This document shows positions 38,659 to 52,699 of a stretch of 56,707 nt of DNA, in pieces. The notes below the pieces were generated by a model that saw nothing but the letters and a program-made list of their open reading frames with translations, did no database searches and was not told the DNA's origin. Position 1 is the first letter of the stretch; the number at the start of each line of letters is the position of its first letter. The stretch covers positions 1 through 56,707 of the forward strand of contig JBHGNT010000189.1 in assembly GCA_043228905.1 (NCBI GenBank), read 5' to 3'. This DNA comes from Azolla caroliniana. Its lineage: Eukaryota; Plantae; Polypodiophyta. The translations under genes were made by a program, and so were the position numbers.

Positions 38659-39352
38659 AAACCCTAAACCTTAAACCCTATATTCTACATCTAGATAGGT
38701 TAGTTCACACATACACGAAACTTTTAGATGATTTCTCAAATAAAGTTAGAGTAGAACTCTTCGACTTTAGCTCCACGCTACTAGACCCTAAGCACTTAGA
38801 AGAGGTCTCAAATTTTATAGCGGCTTACCTTTTCACAGACAATATTAACCATTGGTTACAAGAACATGTTATAAAACTTTTAACGAAGTGCCAAGAGTTT
38901 GGTGTTACTAACAACATTGATGATACAGTCAAAACAACGTCGATCACAATTAGAAATAACAATAGAGAGTTACAACACTCGGATAAACTCCATAATACAC
39001 ATCATTTTGATAATATCAATGTTGAATTAGATAATGAAATAGAAGATCTCCCAATGGATCTAGATACAAATGAGGAGCTTATAGAACAAAATCCTAACCC
39101 ACAAACATCCTCAGTCATTATCCCCAAAAACGATAAAAGTTTACACTTTGACCCCACATCCAATCCTCACCTTGATGCAATTATTAACATTAACTCTAAC
39201 CCTATCCCAAAATTTAACCCTAAGCCTTTCCCCATCCCTAAATCTACACTGAAAAACAATAACTTTAATCCCCACATAACATGTAACCACAAATCCAACC
39301 CTAATCCTTGTAAACAAAATCCCTACCCTATTCCAACCTTAAACAAGCCTCA
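38659..39352 (+). pseudogene. PLE family A ORF1 fragment, telomere-capped
   Basis: Core of chimeric ORF 38586-39569; duplicate of the 23183 copy. Confidence 0.8.
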
Positions 39353-41589
39353 ACTGCTTTGTTGTTGTTCTTCCATTGCCAAACTGCTAGAGGAGCCTTT
39401 AGATTTTGCATCCTCTGAGAACTTATTTGTAGCTTCAGTCAAGGATTTCGCCTATAAAACAAAAAAATCAACCAAATTAATATACACTTTTTCCAAAATT
39501 TTAAGAAAAACGTATATATTTACATCAAGCAATAACCAAAAACACCCACAAGTAGTTACTTGCACATAGAAAACAAAATGTGTACAGAAAATCAACCAAA
39601 TCATTATACACTTACCTTACTAATGTACCAATCTAATTATGTTTGAAGGCAATAGACATTAATATTCAGAGGATATGGAGCACCACCTCGTAATATATCA
39701 TCGCCCATAGAATGTGCAAGATTCGTGTAGATTGCAGTCTCCTTTGCGACATAAAAAAAAGAAGAAGAGATATTTGCTCTATTTGAAGGATCATAAGGTT
39801 TCCAAGTGAGAAGATCAAAACATTACACTCCATTAAAATTCTTGGGGCGGGAGGTAGAGACGAAATGTTGAACAAAAGGCTTCTAAATAAAACATTTAAA
39901 AGCCCACCAAAACCCTCCTTCATTAAATCTGCAAATGGCAGATCAAATGGGCCATTTGAGGAGGTATATCTACCCAACCTGCAGGTGAAAGAGGATGCAT
40001 AGAGTCCACAACATGTGATGGTGAAACTCCAGATGATGTAGTTTCAATGCCATCATCCACTGAAACCTCCATAGTTGCTGCAGGAATCTCATGGAATGGT
40101 GGCAAAGAGATTCGTGGCCAAAAGAAATGGCGAACACGACGAAGAAACCATGAGTGCTCATGTTTGTTATCAGCTAATACCTCCAGAACAGAGATTCGTG
40201 GCCAAACAAAACAACAGACAACAGGACGAAGAGACAATGGCCCTTCATGAGGTAAAGCAAAAAAATCGGTATTCTCTTGTTGCATCCCTGAAATCTGATG
40301 ATAATGGTACATGCAGTAAGGACTGTATGAGGTGTATCGTAAAGTAACCGTCCTGCTCTCGCTAATGTATGGATACCATGCCATCAACATTACTATAAAA
40401 ATTAGCCAAACTTGTAGCAAATTTTTTATAAAAAAAAAGGTTACATCAAAATTAAAATTCGATTGATATATTTACGTATATAGATTACACATGCACGAAG
40501 AAACCAATATGAAATGTAATACGCGTATGAGAGGGTGGAAATTTTTAGCAATCTCCTAGACTCCCAAACAATCCAAAAAAATGTCCCACTCCGGATGGAA
40601 ACAACGAGAAATCACGCCCTGAACCCAAAACCCAAAACTCTAAACCCAAACTCTAAACCCTAAACCCTAGGGTTTTGCATTATGACCATTCGTCAACAGA
40701 TCAATCCCATGTATTTCAAGATTTTGTAAGCAACACGCATCAAGAAAACTAATAAAACCAAAACTCTCCCAACAGATGTCAATGACAATTGACAATGTTT
40801 AATATCAATATAGAGGGTCGGATAGTGAAAAAAGATCGTCAATAAGAAACCGAAGTAGGTAAGGGAAAGCTATAACTCATTGATTTTGCATCATTTCTCC
40901 TCGTGAAGGAAAGATCGGTATAATAAAAGGTCAACACATCACCCAAAAGGTCATGAACACGAGAGGTTTGATACCTTCCTAATAGAAACATGAATACCAT
41001 AAACTTCCAACTCTTGCGAAACCTAAAAGGAGATAAAATAACAGAGTTACATACAAGCGAAACAGTCAACCTAAATTTGAATTATTTAACTTACTCATTT
41101 TAATAACTTGACATTTTTAGACAAGCACTCTAAGTAACTCTCTAAATATCCGTGAAGTTTTTCAATATTTGGATCTTCAATACTTGTGAACAACATTTGA
41201 GGTAGAATTGTATCCTTTGCAGCAAATACGTCATCAAGGGTTGACACAACATACGTCGAACGATTTACACAGGCCGTAGTGCTTTGTTGTTGTTTTTCCA
41301 TTGCCAAACTGCTAGAGGAGCCTTTAGATTTTGCATCCTCTAAGAATTTATTTGCACCTTCATTCAAGGATTTCTCCTATAAAACACAAATATCAAGAAA
41401 ATCAATATACACTTTTTCCAAAATGTTAAGAAAAACATATATTTACCTCAAGCAATAACCAAAAAAACACACAAGTAGTTGCTTGCACATAGAAAACAAA
41501 ATATGTACAGAAAACAAGGATTTTGGATTTTACCTTACTAATGTACCAATCTAATGATGTTCGAAGTGCATAGACATAAATACTCAGAG

Positions 41590-42990
41590 GAATTCTCCAA
41601 TACATTCTTCTTTGCAAATAAAGAAGGCATCATATCATGTTTCCAATATACTTTCCAATTAGGTAGACAACTACTATTATTAGCAAAGAACAAGGTGAGG
41701 CATATAGCAATAATAAAAGTTTTGAAAAAGTGGAACGTCTTGAATGTAAGGTTGATGAATTATTGGGGATGGATATGGAGGATGAAGTGTGCAAGGAAGA
41801 ATGGTGTTATTCAGATGGATAACTTTTGTTGCCTCAAGCATTGTTTGTTGGTGACCAATTGAAATGAAACAATGTAGAAAAAATGGACGATGATGGCAGC
41901 AGCAACGGCCGGAAGCAGCCAACATGCTCGCGACTTCTTCCACTTGCAACTGTATGATTAATCTATGGTTCTAGTTCTTCTTGCTAAGAAGGTTCTACCT
42001 TTAGAGGGAGGATGGCTTCTGTTCTCGCAATGGGAGCACAATTTTTGGGCTGATTGGGTAAGGAGGAACCTAGAGGATGTGTTTATTTGTACAGCTGTAT
42101 TTCCCAATCTGCAAAGGGAGTGGCATTGCGTTTTAGGTTAGATTGGTGCCATATTAGGGATAGTTTTAGAAGTTTATGCACCAATGCAATGCAATTGCAG
42201 GGTGTACAGTTGTTTGCACCTTCAACAAGGCTGTTGGTTCCAAAAGGAGACAAGCTACCATCCTTTGTGTCTTTGCCAAATATTATTACATGTTCAGTGC
42301 AAGGTATTAGATCCAAGCAACGAATCTTGTATAAGGGACTGCCAGATCAGTGCCGGCATTTTCATGGATTCAGCCATTTTCAGTGTAATTGCTCAAAGAA
42401 AAATAAGGTGTCACCATCTTAGGTTACTACTCAGGCGATTGTTCCATTTCGGCATTTGGATCAGGAAATTGTTATTCCACAACCGATTTGATTCGAGGAT
42501 GGACATCCACTTCCTTTCATGAAAAACCGGCCTATGGATAAAGGTAAAACACCTATTTCTTCACCACATCAGGCTATTGAAGATTATACGGATCATGTGA
42601 ACGTTCAGGAATTGGAAGCTAGTGCGTCCTCCTTAAAACCAAAGTAGTTCATTAATTCTTTTGTTTCTATTTCTAAGTCTAGATAATTACCTGTCACATT
42701 CGGTCACCAACTTCACTCTTCTACTTCTGATGTGGAAATGCCTACACTAAAAATCTCTGATGTTTTTGTTTTTAGTTCTGAGTTTCAAACACAGATAGAG
42801 AAGAATCAACAACAGGCCGAGATTGTGACGGAAAAGGGTGGTACCTTGACTACCAAAGGGTTTCATATCCATAAATATTCTCCTCTTATAGATAAGATTA
42901 TGCAAAGGCAGGACCGGATTCAAGATGAAATGAAACAAGGTACTGAGAAGGGTATTATTAAGGATACAAGACTTTCATCAACTATGTGGA
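41590..42990 (+). mobile_element. Decayed L1-type LINE ORF1 fragment, longer 3' copy
   Basis: Collinear with 4310-5353 up to ~42633, then continues. The knuckle is mutated (CRHFHGFSHFQCNC). Right boundary uncertain. Confidence 0.65.
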
Positions 42991-44623
42991 GAAGTTTTTA
43001 TTTTTCATGTTTCAAATCATATTGGATGTACAAGGTTGTACATGTCTGTGCATATCAATTGATTTAACAATATATCTTGTGTTTTGAACATGCTGTCGAT
43101 GTCTGTGTGGCTGGAATGTACATGAATGTTTGGTATGGTTGGAATGTACAGAAATGTTTGGCTTTTGGCACCGGGTTTCTCTGCAGGGTTTTCTACACAT
43201 ATATGCCGGTTGAATCGATCCTTTGTGGTGCATATCAAGTGTTTAACACTGTGCAGAAATTAGTGGAATTGATTTACCATGTTCCGATGTGGACATGGTT
43301 TGCTACAATTTCACAGGAAAAAACTTATATGTTACTTGCGGAGAATGGAAGTCTGCGAGAAGTAAACTGTTGAGGAGATGTTTAACTTCCTGCACAAAAA
43401 TGGATGTTAACATACCGTGGGGATGATGTACAGAGTGATATCTGTACACACTCATCTCATGCAGGGTTTTTAGCTGATTTGTACAAATGTTGTTGGGATT
43501 TTTTTCTTATAGAAAATGTACAGGTGCAGAATTCAGTTTTCTTTTCTTGTGAATTCTGTTTTTGCAGAAATAAGTTGTGTGAGGTTTCCCGTAGAAGTGT
43601 TGTAATTGTTGTATAGGCAGATACGCTGTGTTTTCAACCGGTGTTCTGGTTCTACGGGGATGGTGTTCTGTGGCATTTGTAGCTGCTCTTTGTATGTATA
43701 GAATGTAACTGTATAGAGAAGAAAGATTGTGATTGTTCATTGTAGCAGAAATAGATTCCTATTCTGCTACAATGAAAGCTGTAGTGCAGTGGATGTTTGG
43801 AATAAAGTGATGCATAGTTTCTCGGGTGGTATGTACATGTTAAAAACAGATTGTGGTTTCGCTTCAGACTGTAATTTCATTTAGGAAATATGTATCATAC
43901 CGTTGTTTTGCAATATTTATTACCTTGCAAAACTGGACTTTGATGGTCGTAGGAATATGCAGCAGAGAAGAGAATATGTTTCATGTCGTTTTGCTGTGTG
44001 CAGTATTTTATGTTTCTACTATGCATATAGCAAGCTCTTTCTTTATGCATTTTACATGGTTTTCTTACGCAGGCCTTCACCTACTTTTTCTTCGTAAATA
44101 TAAAATGCCTCCGATTTTATGATTTCCATTTACGCTATGCCGAATTCAATTTTGGCTATACCATTCCCAGGGATTTCAGATATCTGTACAGGTTGTTGTT
44201 TATATTTCTGCACATCCATCTTCCATGTACATATATAAAGAGGAAATAGTGATCATTAGTATTTCTCTGATCACTATTCTCTTACATATCTTGTACTTCC
44301 TCTCATGGTCTGTTTTGTAGCCTTTCGGCGATATTTCCATACTTATGAAGAACATCTTTGAGGAAAAACAATGTAAATAGAACTTGCTTCCCTTTTGGGG
44401 TAATAGTGGAATCTTTTAAACATGCATTATGGAGTTTTAATTTTGTGAAAGATGTTTAGTCTAGAGTGTCTAAAATCTTTTTGATGGTGAATGTCAATTT
44501 CCTATAATCTTGGGGTAATTTGTTGGGAACCTTACACTATGGATTGCTATTATATGAAACAAATGATGTGCAAGATGCAAGGATGGTTATTGCATGATAG
44601 TTGACCAATATTATGAGTGAACA

Positions 44624-47600
44624 AAGTCTAAGTTTTAAAATTCAAGCAAAGCGACATCAATGAAAATGTAAGGTTGTGGTACAAGTTATGCAGGGGCAAA
44701 CAAGAAGACCCACATGAACCAAATACCTCATTACGTCCTGATATGATATTGGATTTCCAAATTCAAATACATGAATCGAAGCCAATGAAGTAAGCTACGA
44801 TATGATATAAGAAAATCTAAATTGTTAAATAGAGGCCAAGAGACATGAATGAAAATGTAAAGTTGTGGTAGAAGTCATCCAAGGGCAAACAAGAAGACCC
44901 ACATGAACCAAAAACCTCGCCCTGTCCTCATATGATATCGGATTTCTGAGTTCAAATACTTGAATCGAAGCTAATGACGTAAGCTATATTATGATATGAC
45001 GTAAGAAAATCTGAGTTGTGAAATACAGGACAAGATACATGAATGAAAATGTAAAGTTGTGGTAGAAGTCAAGCAAGGGCAAACAAGAGGACCCACTTGA
45101 ACCGAAAACCTCATGCTGTCCTCATATGATATCGAATTTTACAAGTTCAAATCCTTGAATCGAAGCAACTGAAGTAGGGTAAGATTTGAGTAAGTAAATA
45201 TAAATTGTGAAATACAGGCCAAGCGACATGCAAGAAAATGTAAAGTTGTGGTAGAAATCAAGCAGGGGCAAACAAGAGCACCCACTTGAACCAAAAAGGT
45301 CATCGTGTCCCCATATAATATTAGATTTTACGAGTTCAAATCCTTGAATCGAAGCCAACGAAGTAGGATATGATTTGACGTAAGAAAATCTAAATTGTGA
45401 AATACAGACCAAGAGACATGCATGAAAATGTAAAGTTGTGGTAGAAGTCAAGTCGGGGCAAACAAGAGCACCCACCTGAACCAAAAAGCTCATCGCATCC
45501 CCATATGATATCAGATTTCGGAGTTCAAATACTAGAATCGAAGCCAACAAAGTGGTCTATTATATGGCGTAAGAAAATCTAAATTGTGAAATACAGGCCA
45601 AGAGAAATGAATGAAAATGTAAAGTTGTGGTAGAAGTCATGCATGGCCAAGTTGTGGTAGAAGTCAAGTAGAGGCAAACCAGAGCACCCACTTGAACCAA
45701 AAAGCTCATGTTGTCGTAATATACTATCAGATTTCTGAGTTCAAATAGTTGAATTGAAGCGAACAAAGTAGTCTATGATATGATGTAACAAAATCTAAAT
45801 CCAAACAAGAAGACCCACATGAACCAAAAAGCTCATGTTGTCCTCATATGATATCGGATTTTCAAGTTCAAATACTTGAATTGAAACAAACGGCGTAGGC
45901 TATGATATGAGCTAAGAAAGTCTAACTTTTGAAATTCAGGCAAAGCAACATGAATGAAAATGTAAAGTTTTGGTAGAAGTCATCTAGGGGCAAACAAGAA
46001 GACCCACATGTACCAAAAACCTCATAGCGTCCTCATATGATATCGGATTTCCGAGTTCAAATACTAGAATCAAAGCCAACAAAGGAGGCTATGATCTAAC
46101 ATAAGAAAATCTAAATTGTGAAATACTGGCCAAGATAAATAAATGAAAATGTAAACTAGCCATGATATGAAATAGGAAAATCTAAATTATGAAAATCAAG
46201 CCAAACGACATGAATGAAAATGTAAAGTTGTGGTAGAAGTCATGCAAGGGCAAACAAGAGCATCCACATGAACCCCAAAGCTTATAACGTCCTCATATCA
46301 TATCAGATTTCCGAGTTCAAATACTTAAATCGAAGCCACCAAAGTAGGCTATAATATGAGCTAAGAAAGTCTAAGTTTTGAAATTCAGGCGAAGCGACAT
46401 GAATGAAAATGTGAATTTGTGGTAGAAGTCATCTCGAGGCAAGCAAGAAGACCCACATGAACCAAACACGTCATGGTGTCCTCCTATGATATCGGATTTC
46501 CGAGTTCGGATACTTGAATCGAATATAATGACGTAGACTATAATATGAGCTAAGAAAGTGTAAGTTTTCGAATTCAGGCAAAGTGACATGAATGAAAATG
46601 TAAAGTTGTGGTACAAGTTATGCAGGAGCAAAGAAGAAGACCCATATGAACCAAGAACCTCATAACATTGTCATATAATATCGGATTTCCGAGTTCAAAT
46701 ACTTGAATCAAAGCTAACGACGTGGGCTATGATATGGAGTAAGAAAGTCTAAGTTTCGAAATTCAGGCAAAGCGACATGAATGAAAAATTAAAGTTGTGG
46801 TAGAAGTCATGCAAGGGCAAACAAGAAGACGCACAAGAACAAAAAACCTCATAGCGTCCTCATATGATATCGGATTTTCGAGTTCAAATACTTGAATCGA
46901 AGCCAACAAAGGAGGCTATAATATAACGTAAGAAAATCTAAATTATGAAATACAGGCCAAAAGACATGAAGAAAAATGTAAAGTTGTGGTAGAAGTCAAG
47001 CAAGGGAAACAAGAGCACACACTTGAACCAAAAACCTTAGAACATCAACACATGATATCGGATTTCCGAGTTCAAACACTTGAATCCAAGCCAACGAAGT
47101 AGGCTATGATATGAGCTAAGAAAGTGAAAGTTTTGAAATTTAGCCAAACAAACATTAACGAAAAATTAAAGTTGTGGTAGAAGTCAAGCAGTGGCAAACA
47201 AGAAGATGCACATGAACCAAAAACCTCATGCCGTCCTCATATGATATCGGATTTCCGTGTTCAAATACTTGAATCGAAGCTAACGATGTAGGCTTTGATA
47301 TGAGCTAAGAGTGTCTAAGTTTTGAAATTAAGGAAAAGCGACATGAATGAAAATGTAAAGTTGTGGTAGAAGTCAAGTAGGGGCAAAAAGAAGACCCACA
47401 TGAACCAAAATATTCATAGCGTCCTGATATGATATCAAATTTCCGAGTTCAAATACTTCAATCAAACCCACTGAAGTATGCTATGATATGATGTAAGAAA
47501 ATCTAAATTGTGAAATTTAGGGGAAGCGACAAGAATGAAAATGTAAATTTGTGGTAGAAGTCATGCAGGGGCAAACAAGAGCACCCACTTGAACCAAAAA

Positions 47601-50600
47601 CCTCATGCTATCCTGATATGATATCGGATTTCCGAGTTCAAATACTTACATTGATGCCAATAAAGTAGGCTATGATATGACGTAAAAAAATTTAAATTGT
47701 GAAGTATAGGCCAAGAGGCATGTTACGAAAAATTAAAGTTGTGGTAGAAGTCATGCAAGGGCAAACAAGAAGACACGCATGAACCAAAAACCTCATAGCG
47801 TCCTCATATGATATCGGATTTCCGAGTTCAAATACTTCAATCGAACCTAACGACGTAGGCTATGATATGAGCTAAGAAAGTCAAAGTTTAGGAATTTAGG
47901 AAAAGAGACATGAATCTAAATGTAAAGTTGTGGTACAAGTTATGCAAGGGCAAACAAACAAGAAGACTTACATGAACCAAAAACCTCATAAAGTTGTCAT
48001 ATGATATCGGATTTCCGAGTTCAAATACTTGAATCGAAGCTAACGACGTAGGCTATGATATGAGCTAAGAATGTCTAAGTTTTGAAATTCAGGTAAAGAG
48101 AAATCAATGAAAATGTAAAGTTGTGGTAGAAGTCATCTAGGGGCAAACAAGAAGACCCACATGAACCAAACACATGATGTTGTCCTCCTATAATATCGGA
48201 TTTCCGAGTTCAGATACTTGAATCGAAGCCAATGAAGTAGGCTATGATATGACGTAAGAATATCTAAAATGTGAAATACAGGTAAAGCGACATGAATGAA
48301 AATGTAAAGTTGTGGTACAAGTTATGCAGGGCCAAACAAGAAGGCCTACATGAACCAAAAACCTCATAATGTTGTCATATGATATCAAATTTCCGAGTTC
48401 AAATACTTGAATCGAAGCTAACGACGTAGGCTATAATATGAGCTAAGAAAGTCTAAGTTTGGAAATTCAGGCAAAGGGACATGGATGAAAATGTAAAGTT
48501 GTGGTAGAAGTCATCTAGGGGCAAACAAGAAGACCTACATGAACCAAAAACCTGATGGTGTCCACCTATGATATCGGATTTCTGAGTTCAAATACTTGAA
48601 TAGAAGCTTATGACGTAGGCTATTATATGAGAAAAGAATGTTTAAGTTTTAAACATTAGGCAAAGCAACATGAATAAAAATGTAAAGTTGTGGGAGAAGT
48701 CATCCAAGGGCAAACAAGAAGACCCACATGAAACAAAAACGTCATAGTGTCCTCCTATGATATCGGATTTCCGAGTTCAAATACTTGAATCGAAGCTAAC
48801 GACGTAGGCTATGATATCAGGTAAGAACGTTTAAGTTTTAAACATTAGACAAAGCGACATGAATGAAAATGTAATGTTGTGGTAGAAGTCAAACAGAGGC
48901 AAACAAGAAGACCCACCTGAACTAAAAAGCTCATCTCGTCCCCATATTATATCTGATTTCCGAGTTCAAATACTTTAATCGAAACCAACGAAATAGGGTA
49001 TGATTTGAGATAAGAAAATATAAATTGTGAAATAGAAGCCAAAAGGAATCCATGAAAATGTAAAGTTGTGGTAGAAGTCATGCACGGGCAAACAAGAGCA
49101 CCCACTTGAACCAAAAACCTCATAGCATCCACATATGATATCGGATTTCGGAGTTCAAATACATGAATCGAAGCTAACGATGTAGGCTATGATATGAGGT
49201 AAGAAAGTCTAAGTTTGGAAATTCAGCCAAAGAGACATGGATGAAAATGTAAAGTTGTGTTAGAAGTCATCTAGGGGCAAACAAGAAGACCCACATGAAC
49301 CAAAAACCTCATGGTGTCCTCCTATGATATCAGATTTCTGAGTTCAAATACTAGAATCGAAGCCAACGAATTAGGGTATGATTTTTTCACATAAGAAAAT
49401 TTAAATTGTGAAATACAGGCCAAGAGACATGCATGAAAATGTAAAGTTGTGGTAGAAGTCATGCACGGGCAAAGAAGAGCACCCACTTGAATCAAAATGG
49501 TCATAGCGTCCTCATATGATATCAGATTTCGGAGTTTAAATACTTGAATTGAAGTCAACGAAGTACAGTATGCTATCATGTAAGAAAATCTAAAATGTGA
49601 AATCCAGGCAAAGACATTGTAATGAAAATGTAAAGTTGTGGCAGAAGACCCACTTGAACCAGAAACCTCATAACGTCCTCATATGTTATCGTATTTTCGA
49701 GTTAAAATAATTGAATCGAAGCTAATGACGTAGGCTATATTATGAGCTAAGAAAGTCTAAGTTTTAAAATTCAGGCAAAGTGACATGAATGAAAATGTAA
49801 AATTGTGGTACAAGTTATGCAGGGGCAAACAAGAAGACCCACATGAATCAAAAACCTCATAATGTCCTCATAAGATATCGGATTTCCGAGTTCAAATACT
49901 TGAATTGAAGTTAACGAAGTAGGCTATGATATGAGGTAAGAAAGTCTAAGTTTTGAAATTCAAGCAAAGCGACATGAATGGAAATGTAAGGTTGTGGTAG
50001 AAGTCATCCAAGGGCAAACAATAAGTCCCACATGAACCGAAAACCTCATAGCATCCTCATATGTAATCGTATTTTCGAGTTAAAATAATTGAATCGAAGC
50101 TAAAGACGTAGGATATATTATGAGCTAAGAAAGTCTAAGTTTTAAAATTCAGGCAAAGTGACATGAATGAAACTGTAAAGTTGTGGGAGAAGTCATCCAG
50201 GGGCAAACAAGAAGACCCACATGAACCAAAAACCTCATAACGTTGTCATATGATTTCCGAGTTCAAATACTTGAATCGAAGCTAACGATATAGGCTATGA
50301 TATGAGGTAAGAAAGTCTAAGTTTTGAAATTCAAGCAAAGAGACATGAATGGAAATTTAAGGTTGTGGTAGAAGTCATTCAGGGGCAAACAATAAGTCCC
50401 ACATGAACCGAAAACCTCATAGCATCCTCATATGTAATCGTATTTTCGAGTTAAAATAATTGAATCGAAGCTAAAGACGTAGGCTATGATATGAGCTATG
50501 AAAGTCTAAGTTTAGAAATTTAGGAAAAGAGACATGAATGAAAATCTAAAGTTGTGGTACAAGTTATGCAGGGGCAAACAAGAAGACCTACATGAACCAA

Positions 50601-51250
50601 AAACCTCGTAATGTTGTCATATGATATCGGATTTCCGAGTTCAAATACTTGAATCGAAGCTAACGACGTAACCTCTGATATGAGGTAAGAAAGTCTAAGT
50701 TTTGAAATTCAGGCAAATAGACATGAATGAAAATGTGAAGTTGTGGTAGAATTCATCTAGTGTCCTGATATGATATCGGATTTTTGAGTTCAAATACTTG
50801 AATCGAAGCTAACGAAGAAGGTTCGGACATGACGTAAGAAAATCTAAATTGTGAAATACTAGCCAAGACAAATGAATGAAAATGTAAAGTTGTGGTAGAA
50901 GTCATGCACGGGTAAACAAGAAGACCCACATGAACTAAAAACTTCATAAAGTCATCATATGATTCAGATATCCAAGTTCAAATCCTTGAATCGAAGCCAA
51001 CGAAGAAGCCTATGATATGACGAAAGAAAATCTAAATTGTGAAATACTGGCCAAGACAAATGAATGAATATGTAACGTTGTGGTAGAAGTCATGAATGGG
51101 AAAACAAGAGCACCCACATGATCGAAACACCTCAGAGCGTCCCCATATGATATCAGAGTTCCGAGTTCAAATACTTGAATCGAAGCCAACGAACTATGCT
51201 ATGATATGACGTAAGAAAATGTAAATTGTGAATCAGAAATGTAAACTGTG
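44624..51250. repeat. Satellite array, ~189-bp monomer, roughly 35 diverged copies
   Basis: The motif gaaaatgtaaagttgtggtagaagtca...gatatcggatttccgagttcaaatacttgaatcgaagc recurs about every 189 bp (e.g. 44662, 44851, 45045, 45234). Confidence 0.95.
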
Positions 51251-51269
51251 AACCCACCCCTTTAATCTT

Positions 51270-52090
51270 CCTCCAAAATGGCCCTGATGTTTGGTTCTGA
51301 TACAGTGTCCGGGTTCGGGGACGGCGTAGGGCCCGTAGGCGCGTCATTGTGTGGTTCCCCTGCTTTGTCGGGAGGGCTTCTCATGGTGTCACTGGCTTCC
51401 TGTGTGGGCGGTCCGGGTTCTGCTGGCTCTTCTTGGGCTATTGGGGTTGTTCAGCCGTCCACGTGCTTGCGGTAGGTCGCGGCTCTGTTTCGTCCGTAAC
51501 TTCCTCCGTGATGTCGGCCATAGTCGCGCTCTGGAGAGTGGGGTTGGGGTTCCTCTTGGTCCGGAATGTCCTCTGTGATGACGGTCATAAGCGTATGCTC
51601 CGGTGGTTGGGGTTCCTCTTGGTTGGCAGTTTCGCTGTCTGGCATTGCGGGGGGCTCCGCTCGCCGTTCCGTGCTATTCACCGTAGTGGTAATTTCCGGT
51701 GACATGGGCTGAGGTTCCTCTTGTTCGGCAGTATCCGGATTTGGTATTGCGATGGATTCCTCATTTGTTCGCGTGATGCCGGCTTGCGTGATCTAGTGAA
51801 ACAGGTCCTCCTGACTTTCGCCAAAATCATCTAGTAGCTGCGCGAGTTCCTCAGAATGTTGGTCTGCTAGCGTGTGATAGTCCTGCGTTAGGTCCTTGCG
51901 TACTGCCACAATGCTTTCCTCATTGAGTTTGTAGAACCCTCGGTCGTCTTTCCTTCGGTTCTCCCATTCCGCCCGGTACGTATGCAATCCCACCGCTTGT
52001 GCAGCCCACGCCATCCATCCTTTGTCTAGCGCCGATTTTAATTGCGTCGTAAACCTCTCCCGATTCGTTTGCAGAAGGATGTGCACGTTG
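51270..52090 (-). pseudogene. Disrupted ORF with an acidic Pro-rich tail (QEEPQP repeats); probably a transposon accessory ORF
   Basis: ORFs 51793-52086 and 51451-51705 are in the same frame, separated by a stop. No recognisable domain. Confidence 0.4.
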
Positions 52091-52096
52091 TCGCGT

Positions 52097-52608
52097 TGTT
52101 ACGCGCGTGCGTGTAGAAGGGCGGGATCACCGGGGTCTTGGACTAGGGAGTGGAGGAGAAAGGTTAGCTCAAGAGGAGAAGAGAACGAATATGATATTAT
52201 GATAGAAGAAGAAGATGCAATCAAGATACTCAACAAGAAGTTCTATTAAGAAATGAATGATTACAACAAATGGTGGCCGCCATGGCCGCACCAAACGACT
52301 ATATGAAAAACCCTAAAGGAAAACCCAAGAAGAAAACCGTAACCGAAACCCTAACCCTAAAACGAAATGGGAAGAAGTAGAACCCTCGACTAAGTGGTAT
52401 ACCTTACTCACACAAAATAGGCAACCCCCACAATGGTGCCTTCTCTCTCCTTTTATAGCACAAGGAGGGAAGACCATTTACAAAAGTGAGACTAAAATAT
52501 CCCCTTTCATTCAAAGGGGATATTTGCCTTGATTTGGGGGAGGGTGAGATTGATGGCCCCTTAACTCCCACCTCCTCACAAACAACTAGGTACCTATGTA
52601 CCGCATAG

Positions 52609-52642
<34 letters not shown>

Positions 52643-52666
52643 GTGGATGTGCGTATAACCACATCA
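52097..52666 (-). mobile_element. Putative LTR
   Basis: On - it starts TGATGTGG after a purine-rich AAAGGTATAAAGG, has a CTATAAAAG TATA-like motif and (GA)n, and ends GTAACA. No target-site duplication found. Confidence 0.35.
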
Positions 52667-52699
52667 CCTTTATACCTTTATTACTATTACAAATACATT

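Noticed and set aside
43000-44620. Host gene or LINE ORF2 in the AT-rich interval
   Set aside because: Only short ORFs with no APE/RT or other recognisable motifs; left unassigned.
44624-51250. CRISPR array or coding repeats (short minus-strand ORFs such as CMTSTTTLHFH)
   Set aside because: Whole monomers repeat with no unique spacers, there are no cas genes, the context is eukaryotic, and the ORFs are incidental translations of the satellite.
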